DNA of 64,000 bases from the NCBI GenBank assembly GCA_963977495.1, contig CAXBOT010000001.1, positions 801,264 through 865,263 of the forward strand, written 5' to 3'. The notes under the pieces are model-generated. The model was not told the origin of the DNA, did not search any database, and saw only the letters and a program-made list of their open reading frames with translations. A program made the translations under genes and the position numbers. The stretch comes from an uncultured Alphaproteobacteria bacterium. Its GTDB lineage: Bacteria; Pseudomonadota; Alphaproteobacteria; Micavibrionales; Micavibrionaceae. This document shows, piece after piece, positions 36,460 through 47,100 of the stretch (the first letter of the stretch is position 1; each line of letters opens with the position of its first letter).

Positions 36460-38511
36460 TCATACCCCACGGAACAAATTACCTGTGTCGACCCATTCCT
36501 CGACAAAATGTTTGCGTTCACGGTGTTCTCCCTTTTTCCCCTTGTTAAAACTCTCAACGGGACGGAAATACCCCATAACACGCGTCCAGACTTTAGTGGT
36601 CTCACCACAAGTTGGACACTCAGGTTGTTCACCATTCAAATACCCATGCGTATTACAAACAGAGAATACCGGCGTGACCGTAATATACGGAAGCTGATAA
36701 TTTCCAAGCACCTTCTTCACAAACCGCTTACATGCATCTGCAGTACTTAGCTTTTCATTCATATACAAATGTAACACCGTGCCACCAGTATACTTGCATT
36801 GCAGCTTGTTTTGCAGTTCCAACGCCTCAAAAGGATCATCTGTATGGTCAACTGGTATTTGCGAAGAGTTCGTATAATAGATATTCTCACCTGACCCAGC
36901 TTGAAGAATATCTGGATACTTTTTAATATCTTCCTTTGCAAAACGGTACGTTGTCCCTTCCGCTGGTGTGGCCTCCAAATTATAAAGATTGCCGCTTTCT
37001 TCTTGATACTTAATCAAACGCTGTCGCATGAATTCTAGTATATCAAGACTAAGTTGAATCCCCTGCTCATCTGTAAGATCATGATCGTCCTCAGTGAAAT
37101 TCCGAACCATCTCATTCATGCCGTTAACGCCAATCGTGGAAAAATGGTTACGAAAAAACGGAAGATACCGTGCAGTATAAGGATACAATCCACGGTCATA
37201 CATCTTCTGCGCAAACACCCTTTTCTTTTCCAATGTGGAATATGAAATATCCATCAGACGCTCCACTTCTTCTACCAGCGCCTCGTAGTTACCTTTAAAG
37301 CGATAACCAAGCCTTGCCATATTCAAAGTCACGACACCTATAGATCCAGTCATTTCAGCAGAACCAAATAGACCATTACCGCGCTTGAGTAATTCTCGTA
37401 AATCCAGTTGAAGACGGCAGCACATTGAGCGCACAGCACCAGGAGAATATGCTTCAGGATTGGGACGCCTTTCGCCAGTTTGTTCATCAACAAGGAACTG
37501 GCTACCAACAAAATTCTGAAAATATGAGCTTCCGACTTTAGCCGTATTTTCAAAAATAGCGTTGGCCACTTTGCTATCCCAATCAAAATCTTCGGTAATA
37601 TTCACCGTCGGAATAGGAAAGGTAAATGGCTGGCCCGTAGAATCTCCTTCAGTCATCACTTCATAATAAGCTATGTTGATCATCTCCATTTCTGGAACAA
37701 AATGTTTGAATGTCAGGTCTTCGAGACTGCGGATGCCCAAATCACGCTGCTGCGCTCGCTTCAATAACTCCGGATCATTAATATCTTTAAAAAAATGCAG
37801 ATCACTATGCGTCGGAATTTGATTCTGAAGATCGTCAGGAACCGTTATATCGAGTGTAATATTCGTAAACGGAGACTGCCCCCAACGCGCTGGAACATTC
37901 AAATTATAAACAAACTGACAAATAGCTTTCTTGACTTCTTTGAACGATAGATTGTCATAGAAAACATAAGGTGCGAGATAGGTATCAAAACTGGAAAAAG
38001 CCTGAGCTCCTGCCCATTCAGACTGCAAAATCCCTAAAAAATTGCTCATTTGCCCCAGCGCTTCTCTAAAATGTCTCGGCGGCTTTGATGAAACCCTACC
38101 TCCCACTCCATTAAACCCATCGTTCAAAAGCGCGCGTAACGACCATCCAGCACAATATCCCGTCAAACAATCTAGGTCATGAATATGGATATCCCCTTCA
38201 CGATGAGCTTTGCCCTCTTCAGAGCTATACACCTCATCCAGCCAAAAATTAGCAATCACTTTTCCTGCTACATTATTGATCATTCCCGCGTTTGAATATC
38301 CTGTATTGGCGTTAGCATTGATACGCCAATCAGACCCAGAGATAAACTCACTCACAGCAGCACTACAATCAACGTCTGTTCCTCCATAAAGTGTTACAAT
38401 TTGATCATCATCGTTAGCCTTATTGAGAGGCATGACCTTAGCCGTATTTAACGCATCTTTATTATCAAAAGAGCCGTTAGACTGTTGTGATGTAGTAGAA
38501 AAATGAGGCAT
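36460..38511 (-). CDS. nrdD: anaerobic (class III) ribonucleoside-triphosphate reductase
   Basis: ATG at 38511 preceded by GAAGGAG; glycyl-radical motif TRVMGYFRP; Zn ribbon CNTHG...CPTCG; 683 aa. Confidence 0.93.
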   Translation of the reverse strand: MPHFSTTSQQSNGSFDNKDALNTAKVMPLNKANDDDQIVTLYGGTDVDCSAAVSEFISGSDWRINANANTGYSNAGMINNVAGKVIANFWLDEVYSSEEGKAHREGDIHIHDLDCLTGYCAGWSLRALLNDGFNGVGGRVSSKPPRHFREALGQMSNFLGILQSEWAGAQAFSSFDTYLAPYVFYDNLSFKEVKKAICQFVYNLNVPARWGQSPFTNITLDITVPDDLQNQIPTHSDLHFFKDINDPELLKRAQQRDLGIRSLEDLTFKHFVPEMEMINIAYYEVMTEGDSTGQPFTFPIPTVNITEDFDWDSKVANAIFENTAKVGSSYFQNFVGSQFLVDEQTGERRPNPEAYSPGAVRSMCCRLQLDLRELLKRGNGLFGSAEMTGSIGVVTLNMARLGYRFKGNYEALVEEVERLMDISYSTLEKKRVFAQKMYDRGLYPYTARYLPFFRNHFSTIGVNGMNEMVRNFTEDDHDLTDEQGIQLSLDILEFMRQRLIKYQEESGNLYNLEATPAEGTTYRFAKEDIKKYPDILQAGSGENIYYTNSSQIPVDHTDDPFEALELQNKLQCKYTGGTVLHLYMNEKLSTADACKRFVKKVLGNYQLPYITVTPVFSVCNTHGYLNGEQPECPTCGETTKVWTRVMGYFRPVESFNKGKKGEHRERKHFVEEWVDTGNLFRGV

Positions 38512-38583
38512 TGAATTCTCCTTCAAGAATGTGAGTTAATATCTTCTATTTAATAAATACGAGTGGGGACACCCCAAAGAAAA

Positions 38584-38631
38584 CCACAACATGTAGTGGC
38601 TACGAGAACAACATTGCACCATATATAGGCC
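38584..38631. promoter_or_regulatory. two NrdR-box-like 16-bp imperfect palindromes in the nrdD promoter
   Basis: CCACAACATGTAGTGG (38584-38599) and GCACCATATATAGGCC (38616-38631). Each matches 11/16 of ACACTATATATAGTGT; centres ~32 bp apart. Confidence 0.45.
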
Positions 38632-38638
38632 ATTGGAT

Positions 38639-38652
38639 TTGATCTGGATCAA
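38639..38652. promoter_or_regulatory. FNR-type box TTGAT-CTGG-ATCAA upstream of nrdDG
   Basis: Perfect consensus immediately upstream of the NrdR-like boxes. Confidence 0.65.
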
Positions 38653-38754
38653 CTGCGGATAAAAAAATTTCTACGTTTTCGTCTGTACATGCCCCCTTTC
38701 AGATACATAAAGAAAATAGGACATTCACCCCACCTGTTGCGCTCAAAAATAATC

Positions 38755-38768
38755 TTGATTCAGATCAA
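38755..38768. promoter_or_regulatory. FNR-type box TTGAT-TCAG-ATCAA upstream of moeA
   Basis: Perfect consensus, CTTGAT..ATCAAG; 227 nt before moeA ATG. Confidence 0.6.
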
Positions 38769-38988
38769 GTTCTTTTCACAATAAAAGTGTTTGGATTAAC
38801 TAGATTGATTCAAGTTGGAAAAGCTAATGAAGAAAAACAAAACACTTCCGAAAAAACCATCTATTTTATATAATGACCAGCCAGCTAATGATCAGCCCCA
38901 AGAAACAGAACAAACTCAAAAGATTACTGACAAATTACTAACGCCGAAAGAAAAGAGAGCCTGTGACCAAGCCACAGACTAATAAATC

Positions 38989-40215
38989 ATGATTTCATAT
39001 AAAGAAGCTCAAGTTATTATCAGGGAGGCCGCCAATGCGCGTAAGATTGATACAGAAACAGTTGCCTTAAAAGACATTGCAGGAAGAGTATGTGCTCAGG
39101 ATATTACCACCCCACTGGACGTACAGCCTTTTGATAATTCTGCTATGGATGGCTTCGCAGTCCTTGTATCCGATCTTGCTGAAGCCTCTATAAGCACTCC
39201 CGTAACATTAAAGAGTACGGGAATAACCGGAGCTGGAAGTAATATTCCGGATCAACCGATTACATCTGGCACGTGCATACAGATTATGACAGGAGCCCCC
39301 ATACCGCCAAAGGCCGATGCTGTTATTCCTGTTGAACTCGCCACAGTAAACAATAAAGAGATCGTATTCACATCCTGTCCGGAAACTCGCGATAATATTC
39401 GTTTTGCCGGAGAAGATTTTAAGAAAGGAACCTCGCTAATTAAGGCAGGAAAAGCTTTTGACGCTTCGCACATTCTGCCTTTAGCAACACTGGGTATCGA
39501 AAAAATTCAGGTTTATAAAAAGCCGGAGGCAGCTTTCCTCTCAACAGGTACAGAACTCGTAGATGATTTAACAGCCCCCCTAAAATACGGACAAATCTAT
39601 AACTCAAATCACCCATACGCTGTGGCCATGCTAAGAGCAATGGGAGCAAATGTTTTATCTCTTCCCACCATAAAAGATGATATTGAAATTTTTAAAAAGC
39701 AACTCGTCTCCGTTATGGATCATAATAAAGATATCGTTATATCAAGCGGTGCTGTTTCTGCGGGTAATTTTGATTTTGTTAAATCAGGTTTAGAAGCCAT
39801 TGGCGCGGAAATTTTATACCATAAAGTTAGACTCAAACCGGGAAAACCTAATCTATTGGCACGGCTCCCCAACGGCACGTTATACTTCGGCCTTCCCGGA
39901 AATCCGGTTGCAACAGCAGTGGGATTAAGGTTTTTTGCCGGAACAGCACTTCAAATTATGTCAGGCATGAAGGCTGAGCAACCCATACAAGCAAAAATCA
40001 TGACTAAATTCACCAAGAAGCCGGGAATGACCATGTATCTGAAAGGAAAAATGGAATCATGGGAGGACGGCTCTTTAACTGTTGATATGCTTGATGGGCA
40101 AGCGTCCTTTATGGTCAGCCCATTTTTAGATATGAATGTATGGATTTCTATCCCTGAAGACAAAGACACATACAAACCAGGTGATGTTGTAGATGTCTTC
40201 CCAATAGTACCTTAA
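38989..40215 (+). CDS. moeA: molybdopterin molybdotransferase
   Basis: PFDNSAMDGFAV, SGAVSAGNFDF, GLPGNPVA motifs; 408 aa. Confidence 0.92.
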   Translation: MISYKEAQVIIREAANARKIDTETVALKDIAGRVCAQDITTPLDVQPFDNSAMDGFAVLVSDLAEASISTPVTLKSTGITGAGSNIPDQPITSGTCIQIMTGAPIPPKADAVIPVELATVNNKEIVFTSCPETRDNIRFAGEDFKKGTSLIKAGKAFDASHILPLATLGIEKIQVYKKPEAAFLSTGTELVDDLTAPLKYGQIYNSNHPYAVAMLRAMGANVLSLPTIKDDIEIFKKQLVSVMDHNKDIVISSGAVSAGNFDFVKSGLEAIGAEILYHKVRLKPGKPNLLARLPNGTLYFGLPGNPVATAVGLRFFAGTALQIMSGMKAEQPIQAKIMTKFTKKPGMTMYLKGKMESWEDGSLTVDMLDGQASFMVSPFLDMNVWISIPEDKDTYKPGDVVDVFPIVP

Positions 40216-40216
40216 T

Positions 40217-40951
40217 CTAATGCAATGGGCATTGCTGGCACTCTTCCCGATCATGCCTTGCACACAAGGCCGCCGTATCTGAATCACAAAAGTGACAGAG
40301 TGTAAAAGAATCCCTCATTTTTATTTTATCATCTTCGACCTCAATCCCCATCTCTTTCATCTTCTTTAACGTCCGCGAGAAAGTTTCTGGGGTCATTCCA
40401 AGATAGCTTGCAATCGACTGCTTACGAAAAGGAAGACTAAATTCCAGTGAATCATGTCCACTTTCTAAATGTTTGATTAAAAAGTAATACCCGACGCGTT
40501 GTACAGGAGATTTAATTTGCATGGCGTCAATTTGGTGCATCGCATTTTTGTAATGTCTTGTAACAATTTTCAAAAGATTGACTGAAAACCGCGCATCTTC
40601 CAAGACGTGCGTTTTGATAACTTTATCTGGGATCAGTAAAACTGTAGTTGTACCCATTGCTTGAACATCAATTGGTGAAGGCCCCCCCATAAAAAGAACG
40701 GCTTCCATACAAACATCACCAGACTCAAGCAACCGAATGGTTGCCTCTTCACCCTCAGCACTCATTCGCGATGTTTTTAGTGTTCCGTCTATAATTAAGT
40801 ATACGAACTGCGGGATGTCCCCCTGCTGAATCAATAGCTGCCCATTTTCAAATTCTTTTAAAAAAGAATGCTGTAAGAGAGTTTGGAGACTTTCTTCACT
40901 TAAGCCTTCAAAGAGCTGTGGCTTTTTCTTATTTTTTGGAAACGAGTACAT
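40217..40951 (-). CDS. Crp/Fnr-family transcription regulator with C-terminal cysteine cluster
   Basis: ATG at 40951 after AGAGGG; cNMP-like barrel; HTH with ETFSRTLKKM; tail CHFCDSDTAALCARHDREECQQC; no N-terminal Cys motif. Confidence 0.85.
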   Translation of the reverse strand: MYSFPKNKKKPQLFEGLSEESLQTLLQHSFLKEFENGQLLIQQGDIPQFVYLIIDGTLKTSRMSAEGEEATIRLLESGDVCMEAVLFMGGPSPIDVQAMGTTTVLLIPDKVIKTHVLEDARFSVNLLKIVTRHYKNAMHQIDAMQIKSPVQRVGYYFLIKHLESGHDSLEFSLPFRKQSIASYLGMTPETFSRTLKKMKEMGIEVEDDKIKMRDSFTLCHFCDSDTAALCARHDREECQQCPLH

Positions 40952-41003
40952 TAACCCTCTAACTATCAATAAATATGTATCTTTTTGTGTTTTCGGTCAC
41001 CTC

Positions 41004-41017
41004 TTGATCTGAGTCAA
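41004..41017. promoter_or_regulatory. FNR-type box TTGAT-CTGA-GTCAA between the fnr-like gene and narK
   Basis: One mismatch; centre 59.5 nt from the regulator ATG and 65.5 nt from the narK ATG. Confidence 0.6.
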
Positions 41018-41075
41018 GTCCGTAATAATCAGTAAATGCAATATAGGCTTCGACATAAAGAAAATAAACCGCTTT

Positions 41076-44039
41076 ATGAAGGAAATCAGAATGCACACAG
41101 ACACTAACAGTACCATATCAAAGTCAGAACAGACCAAAGCCTTATTTTTCAGCACATTTGCATTTACAGCTTGTTTTGCTGTTTGGACTATTTTCTCGAT
41201 TATCGGGATTAAAATAAAAACTGATTTGGGATTAAGTGACACACAATTCGGGCTTCTGGTTGCAACACCGGTATTAACCGGCTCATTAAGTAGACTAATT
41301 CTTGGGATATGGGCCGATCAATATGGTGGTCGCATAGTCTTTACATTAACAATGTTGGCTTCTGCCATATCAACATATCTTTTATCTTCCGTTGAAACCT
41401 ATGAGATGTTTTTGGTAGCGGCTCTGGGTGTTGGTCTTGCTGGTGGAGGGTTCGCAGTAGGTGTGGCCTATGTTTCCCAGTGGTATGAGAAAGAGAAACA
41501 AGGTACAGCGCTAGGCATCTTTGGCGTTGGTAACGTCGGTGCTGCTATTACAAACTTTGGTGCACCTTTTCTACTTGTAGCGATAGGGTGGGAAGGTACA
41601 GCACGCGCTTATGCCGTTATATTAGCTATCATTGCTATCCTCTTCTATATTCTAACAAAAGATGACCCTAAGCATGCTCAGAGAAAGAAATTAAATCAAA
41701 AGCCTCGTGGCATCCTTGAACAAATGGAACCATTGAAGAATATACAAGTCTGGCGGTTTTCTCTTTACTACTTCTTTGTCTTTGGTGCATTCGTCGCCTT
41801 GGCGTTGTGGCTTCCTCGTTATTACACTGGTGTATATGGGTTAGATATTCAAACAGCGGGTATGTTAGCAGCGGCATATGCTTTGCCCGGGTCGGTCTTC
41901 CGTGCCCTAGGAGGCTGGATGTCAGATCGTTACGGCGCTCGGACTGTCATGTATTGGACTTTTTCAGCCTGTGTTATTGTGTGCTTTTTTCTCTCGTATC
42001 CGGCCACAAGTTATGTGGTTCAAGGTATTGAAGGTCCAATAGAATTTAGTTTCTCCATTGGGTTAGTCCCTTTTGTTGGGTTAACAATTATTCTTGGCTT
42101 CTTTATGTCACTGGGAAAAGCCGCCGTTTATAAACACATCCCAGTTTACTACCCTGATCATGTGGGTTCTGTAGGGGGTATCGTCGGCCTTATTGGGGGG
42201 CTTGGAGGTTTTTGTCTACCTATAGCTTTTGGTTTCATGAATGATGTTATTGGCGTTTGGACGAGCTGTTTCATGCTGCTTTTCGGTATAACAGCATTTG
42301 CTCTGGTCTGGATGCACGCATCAATCCTGTACATGGAAGGCACTTTAGAGAAGCCACGTTTTCTTCCAGAATTTGGCAGACAGAAAACAAAAAAACTTCC
42401 TAAATCAATTGAAAAAGATGCCGAATTCAAACACCAGGGCCTTGAAGATTGGGATCCTGAAAATGAAGAGCAATGGAATAGTTACGGTAAAAAGATTGCA
42501 TATCGAAATTTATGGATATCAATCCCTAGTCTTCTTTGTGGCTTTGCCATTTGGCTCTATTGGGGAATCATTACTGTACAGATGCTCAATCTTGGCTTCT
42601 CGTTTGAAAAAGCTGAACTATTCTCACTGATGGCCATTGCTGGTCTATCTGGGGCAACGTTGCGCATTCCTTCAACCTTTTTCATTCGCTTGTCCGGCGG
42701 ACGCAATACCATCTTTATGACAACAGCGCTGCTTATTCTCCCTGCACTGGGCACAGGACTCGCCTTGCAGGATGTTAACACGCCACTTTGGGTTTTTCAG
42801 GGATTGGCACTGCTTTCCGGTTTTGGCGGCGGTAATTTTGCCTCATCTATGTCTAATATTAGCTTCTTCTTTCCAAAGAGAATACAAGGGTTATCGCTGG
42901 GCTTGAACGCTGGTTTGGGCAATATGGGTGTGACCACCATGCAAATTCTTATACCTCTGGTCATGACTTTCGGCTTATTCGGAGGCGCACCTATGGTACT
43001 GGAAAACTACAGTGGAACATTAATTGGGAAAATCCCTGCCGGTACGAACACCTATATTCACAATGCCGGACTTGTCTGGCTTGTACTTCTCATCCCGATT
43101 TCTGTCGCGGCATGGTTAGGCATGGATAACATCAAAGCAAAGCATGTTTCGCCGGGTTTAGGGGCGCCGCCAATGGCATTCTTCCAGATTGCAGTCATGC
43201 TTACGATTGGTTTGGTTGTTGGAGCTGCCGGACTATGGCTAATGCTGCCGAAGAGCGCAAATGGTTCCGGACTTGAAGTTAGCAAATATATTGTGCTTCC
43301 TGGTGTAATTGCCGCAACAGTAATATTGCTTAAGATGTTACCAGGTGAGATTGGCTTAAGTTTGAAACGCCAGTATCAGATTTTCAAACACCCACATACC
43401 TGGGTTATGTCGATGCTCTATACCATGACGTTTGGTTCATTTATTGGATTCGCTGCATCCTTCCCTCTCGCCATAAAAGTCATTTTTGGTTTTCAGCATG
43501 TGGTTGGTCCCGATGGTGTGATGAATCATGATTTAGCCAATCCGAATGGCCCGAGCGCCTTGATGTATGCCTGGATGGGAGCGTTTATTGGAGCACTTAT
43601 TCGTCCTGTTGGTGGCTGGATAGCCGATAAAATGGGCGGTGCTCTGGTAACACAAATTTGTTCAATTGTAATGGTCGTAAGTACACTGGGGGTAGCCTAT
43701 TACATGAAGGCAGCTTACGGGTCGGCAACGCCGGAAATTTACTTCGTACCTTTCTTGCTCCTGTTCCTAATCCTATTTACGGCAACGGGGATCGGCAATG
43801 GCTCAACCTTCCGCACCATCGCTATGATTTTCAATAAAGAGCAAACTGGACCTGTTTTAGGTTGGGCTTCTGCTGTAGCAGCTTATGGCGCTTTCTTTAT
43901 TCCGGAAGTTATTGGTGAACAAATCAAATTAACGACACCTGAAGTGGCTCTATATAATTTTGCAGCCTTCTATGCCTTCTGTGTTGTTTTAAACTGGTGG
44001 GTTTACTTACGGCCAGGGGCAAAACATAAAAATCCATAA
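41076..44039 (+). CDS. narK: fused NarK1-NarK2 nitrate/nitrite transporter (two MFS modules)
   Basis: 987 aa. Two 12-TM halves each with an NNP signature (GIFGVGNVGAAI; GLNAGLGNMGVT) joined by a hydrophilic linker around aa 440-480. Confidence 0.9.
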   Translation: MKEIRMHTDTNSTISKSEQTKALFFSTFAFTACFAVWTIFSIIGIKIKTDLGLSDTQFGLLVATPVLTGSLSRLILGIWADQYGGRIVFTLTMLASAISTYLLSSVETYEMFLVAALGVGLAGGGFAVGVAYVSQWYEKEKQGTALGIFGVGNVGAAITNFGAPFLLVAIGWEGTARAYAVILAIIAILFYILTKDDPKHAQRKKLNQKPRGILEQMEPLKNIQVWRFSLYYFFVFGAFVALALWLPRYYTGVYGLDIQTAGMLAAAYALPGSVFRALGGWMSDRYGARTVMYWTFSACVIVCFFLSYPATSYVVQGIEGPIEFSFSIGLVPFVGLTIILGFFMSLGKAAVYKHIPVYYPDHVGSVGGIVGLIGGLGGFCLPIAFGFMNDVIGVWTSCFMLLFGITAFALVWMHASILYMEGTLEKPRFLPEFGRQKTKKLPKSIEKDAEFKHQGLEDWDPENEEQWNSYGKKIAYRNLWISIPSLLCGFAIWLYWGIITVQMLNLGFSFEKAELFSLMAIAGLSGATLRIPSTFFIRLSGGRNTIFMTTALLILPALGTGLALQDVNTPLWVFQGLALLSGFGGGNFASSMSNISFFFPKRIQGLSLGLNAGLGNMGVTTMQILIPLVMTFGLFGGAPMVLENYSGTLIGKIPAGTNTYIHNAGLVWLVLLIPISVAAWLGMDNIKAKHVSPGLGAPPMAFFQIAVMLTIGLVVGAAGLWLMLPKSANGSGLEVSKYIVLPGVIAATVILLKMLPGEIGLSLKRQYQIFKHPHTWVMSMLYTMTFGSFIGFAASFPLAIKVIFGFQHVVGPDGVMNHDLANPNGPSALMYAWMGAFIGALIRPVGGWIADKMGGALVTQICSIVMVVSTLGVAYYMKAAYGSATPEIYFVPFLLLFLILFTATGIGNGSTFRTIAMIFNKEQTGPVLGWASAVAAYGAFFIPEVIGEQIKLTTPEVALYNFAAFYAFCVVLNWWVYLRPGAKHKNP

Positions 44040-44053
44040 AAAGTATATACGTC

Positions 44054-44067
44054 TTGATTTGAATCAA
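44054..44067. promoter_or_regulatory. FNR-type box TTGAT-TTGA-ATCAA upstream of narG
   Basis: Perfect consensus; centre 62.5 nt from narG ATG. Confidence 0.7.
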
Positions 44068-44122
44068 GTTGGAAAAGATTGAGTGCGGTAGAACATAAGA
44101 AAGATAATAAGGAGTAGTATCG

Positions 44123-47100
44123 ATGAGTTATTTTATCGACAGAATTACGTATTTCGCCCAAAAACGCGAAAAATTCTCCGATGGCCACGGTGTAACAACT
44201 GATGAGAATAGAGCATGGGAAAGTGCCTATCGTGATCGTTGGGCTCATGACAAAATAGTGCGCTCTACTCATGGCGTGAATTGTACTGGCTCTTGTTCTT
44301 GGAAGATCTATGTTAAAAACGGACTCATTACATGGGAAACACAACAAACGGATTATCCGCGAACACGCCCGGACCTTCCTAACCACGAGCCAAGAGGATG
44401 CTCGCGTGGAGCAAGTTACAGTTGGTATATATATTCAGCCAACCGTCTCAAATACCCTATGGTACGCAAACGTCTTCTTAAAATGTGGCGACAGATGAAA
44501 ATCCAAGTTGGCGGGGATCCTGTTGATGCATGGAAAGCTATTCAAGCAGATCCTTTACTTCGCCAAGAATACCAAAAAGTAAGAGGGCTGGGGGGCTTTG
44601 TAAGGGCTGGCTGGGAAGAAGTTAATGAAATTATTGCCGCAGCCAATGTTTATACAATTAAAGAACATGGTCCTGATCGCGTTATGGGATTCTCCCCTAT
44701 TCCAGCCATGTCAATGGTTTCCTATGCGGCTGGCTCACGATATCTCTCGTTGCTAGGCGGCGTTTGCCTGAGTTTTTACGATTGGTATTGTGACCTGCCT
44801 CCGGCATCACCACAAACCTGGGGAGAACAAACAGACGTCCCTGAAAGTGCCGACTGGTATAATTCGGGTTTTATCATTATGTGGGGATCGAACGTTCCAC
44901 AAACAAGAACACCTGATGCGCATTTTATGACTGAAGCTCGGTATAAGGGCACACAGGTCGTAACCATTACCCCTGACTATTCTGAAGCTTCTAAATTTGG
45001 TGATATCTGGCTAAATCCTCGTCAAGGAACTGATGCAGCGTTGGGCATGGCTATGGGGCACGTGATCTTAAAAGAATTTCACATTGATAATACGTCTGAA
45101 TACTTTGATGACTATTGCCGTAAATACACCGACATGCCTTTCTTGGTTAAGCTTGAAGAACGTGACGGCGCATATGTACCAGGGCGCATGTTAAGAGCTT
45201 CAGACTTTAAAGATAATCTAGATGAAACAAACAATCCTGAATGGAAAACAGTCTGCTTTGATGAAACAACCGGAGACATTACTGTCCCCACCGGCTCCAT
45301 TGGTTTTCGTTGGGGACAAGAAGAAGATGAGGATGGTAAATGGAATATTGTCCCTACTGATTCAAAATCAGGTGAAACCATCCACCCTCGCAAAACGTTG
45401 CTTGGCAACCACGACGATATATTGAAAGTTGGCTTTCCGTATTTTGGCGGTCAAGATCATGAGCATGATTATTTCAAAACAAACGATCATGATGATATTC
45501 TCAATCGTAATATCCCAGTTAAGTATATTGATTTGAATGGTGAAAAAGTAGCTGTAGCATGCGTATTTGACCTTCTTTGTGCCAATTATGGCGTTGCGCG
45601 CGATGGTCTCGATGGAGACCATGTCACATCTGACTATAATGATAACATCCCTTACACACCTAAATGGCAAGAAAGCATCACAGGCGTTAAGGCCGACCAG
45701 GTCATAAAGGTTGCCCGCGAATTTGCCCAAAATGCTCATATTACAAAGGGCAAGTCGATGATCATCATCGGTGCTGCGATGAACCATTGGTATCACATGG
45801 ATATGAACTATCGCGCTTGTATCAACATGCTTGTTTTTTGTGGTTGTATAGGACAATCAGGTGGCGGTTGGTCCCACTATGTTGGGCAAGAAAAATTACG
45901 CCCACAAACTGGCTGGTTACCTCTGGCTTTCGCTCTGGATTGGAGTCGTCCCCCGCGTCAGCAAAACTCAACATCATTTTTCTACGCTCATACAGATCAA
46001 TGGCGTTATGAAACGCTGAACGTAGGAGAGATTTTGTCGCCTACAGCAGATAAGGAAAAATGGAAAGGTTCTCTTATCGATTGCAATATACGATCAGAGC
46101 GTATGGGTTGGTTACCATCAGCGCCACAGTTACAAGAAAATCCTATCGAATTAGTCAAAGAAGCTAAATCTCAAAGCAAGGATCCTGTAGACCATGTTGT
46201 TGAAAGATTGAAATCAGGTGATCTGCGCATGTCATGCGAAGATCCTGATAACCCAGATAACTGGCCACGAAACCTGTTCGTATGGCGCTCTAATCTGCTT
46301 GGCTCCTCTGGTAAGGGACATGAATACTTCATGAAGCATTTCCTTGGAACGCAGCACGGTGTACAGGGTAAAGATCTAGGCGAAGAAGGAAGAAGTATTT
46401 CGGAAGAAGTTGTCTGGCACGAAGAGGCTCCAGAAGGTAAATTGGATCTCGTCGTAACTCTTGATTTTCGTATGTCGACAACATGTGTTTATTCAGACAT
46501 TGTTCTTCCAACAGCTAGTTGGTATGAAAAGAACGATCTGAACACGTCAGATATGCACCCCTTCATCCACCCCCTATCAAAAGCAATTGATCCGGTATGG
46601 CAAAGTCGTTCTGATTGGGAGATATATAAAGGTTTGGCTAAGAAGTTCTCTGAAATCTGTGAAGGACATCTAGGTGTTGAACAGGAAATCGTCTTGACGC
46701 CTATTCAACACGATACACCTGGAGAACTGGCACAGCCCGATGTTAAAGACTGGCGTAAGGGCGAATGCGACCTGATTCCTGGGAAAACAGCCCCTTCCAT
46801 GAAGGTCGTGGAAAGAAACTACCCGGATACTTTCAAGCGCTTTACCTCATTGGGCCCACTCCTTGAAAAGCTTGGTAACGGTGGTAAAGGCATTGGTTGG
46901 AATACAGATCACGAAATAGAATTTCTGAAGGCATTAAACGGTGAAAAAGATGGCCGAGCCAAAATAGAGACCGATATAGATGCTTGTGAAGTTGTTCTCT
47001 CTTTAGCACCTGAAACAAACGGAGAAGTCGCTGTTAAGGCTTGGGAAGCTCTAAGTAAAATTACTGGCATTGACCACACCCATTTGGCAAAACCCAAGGA

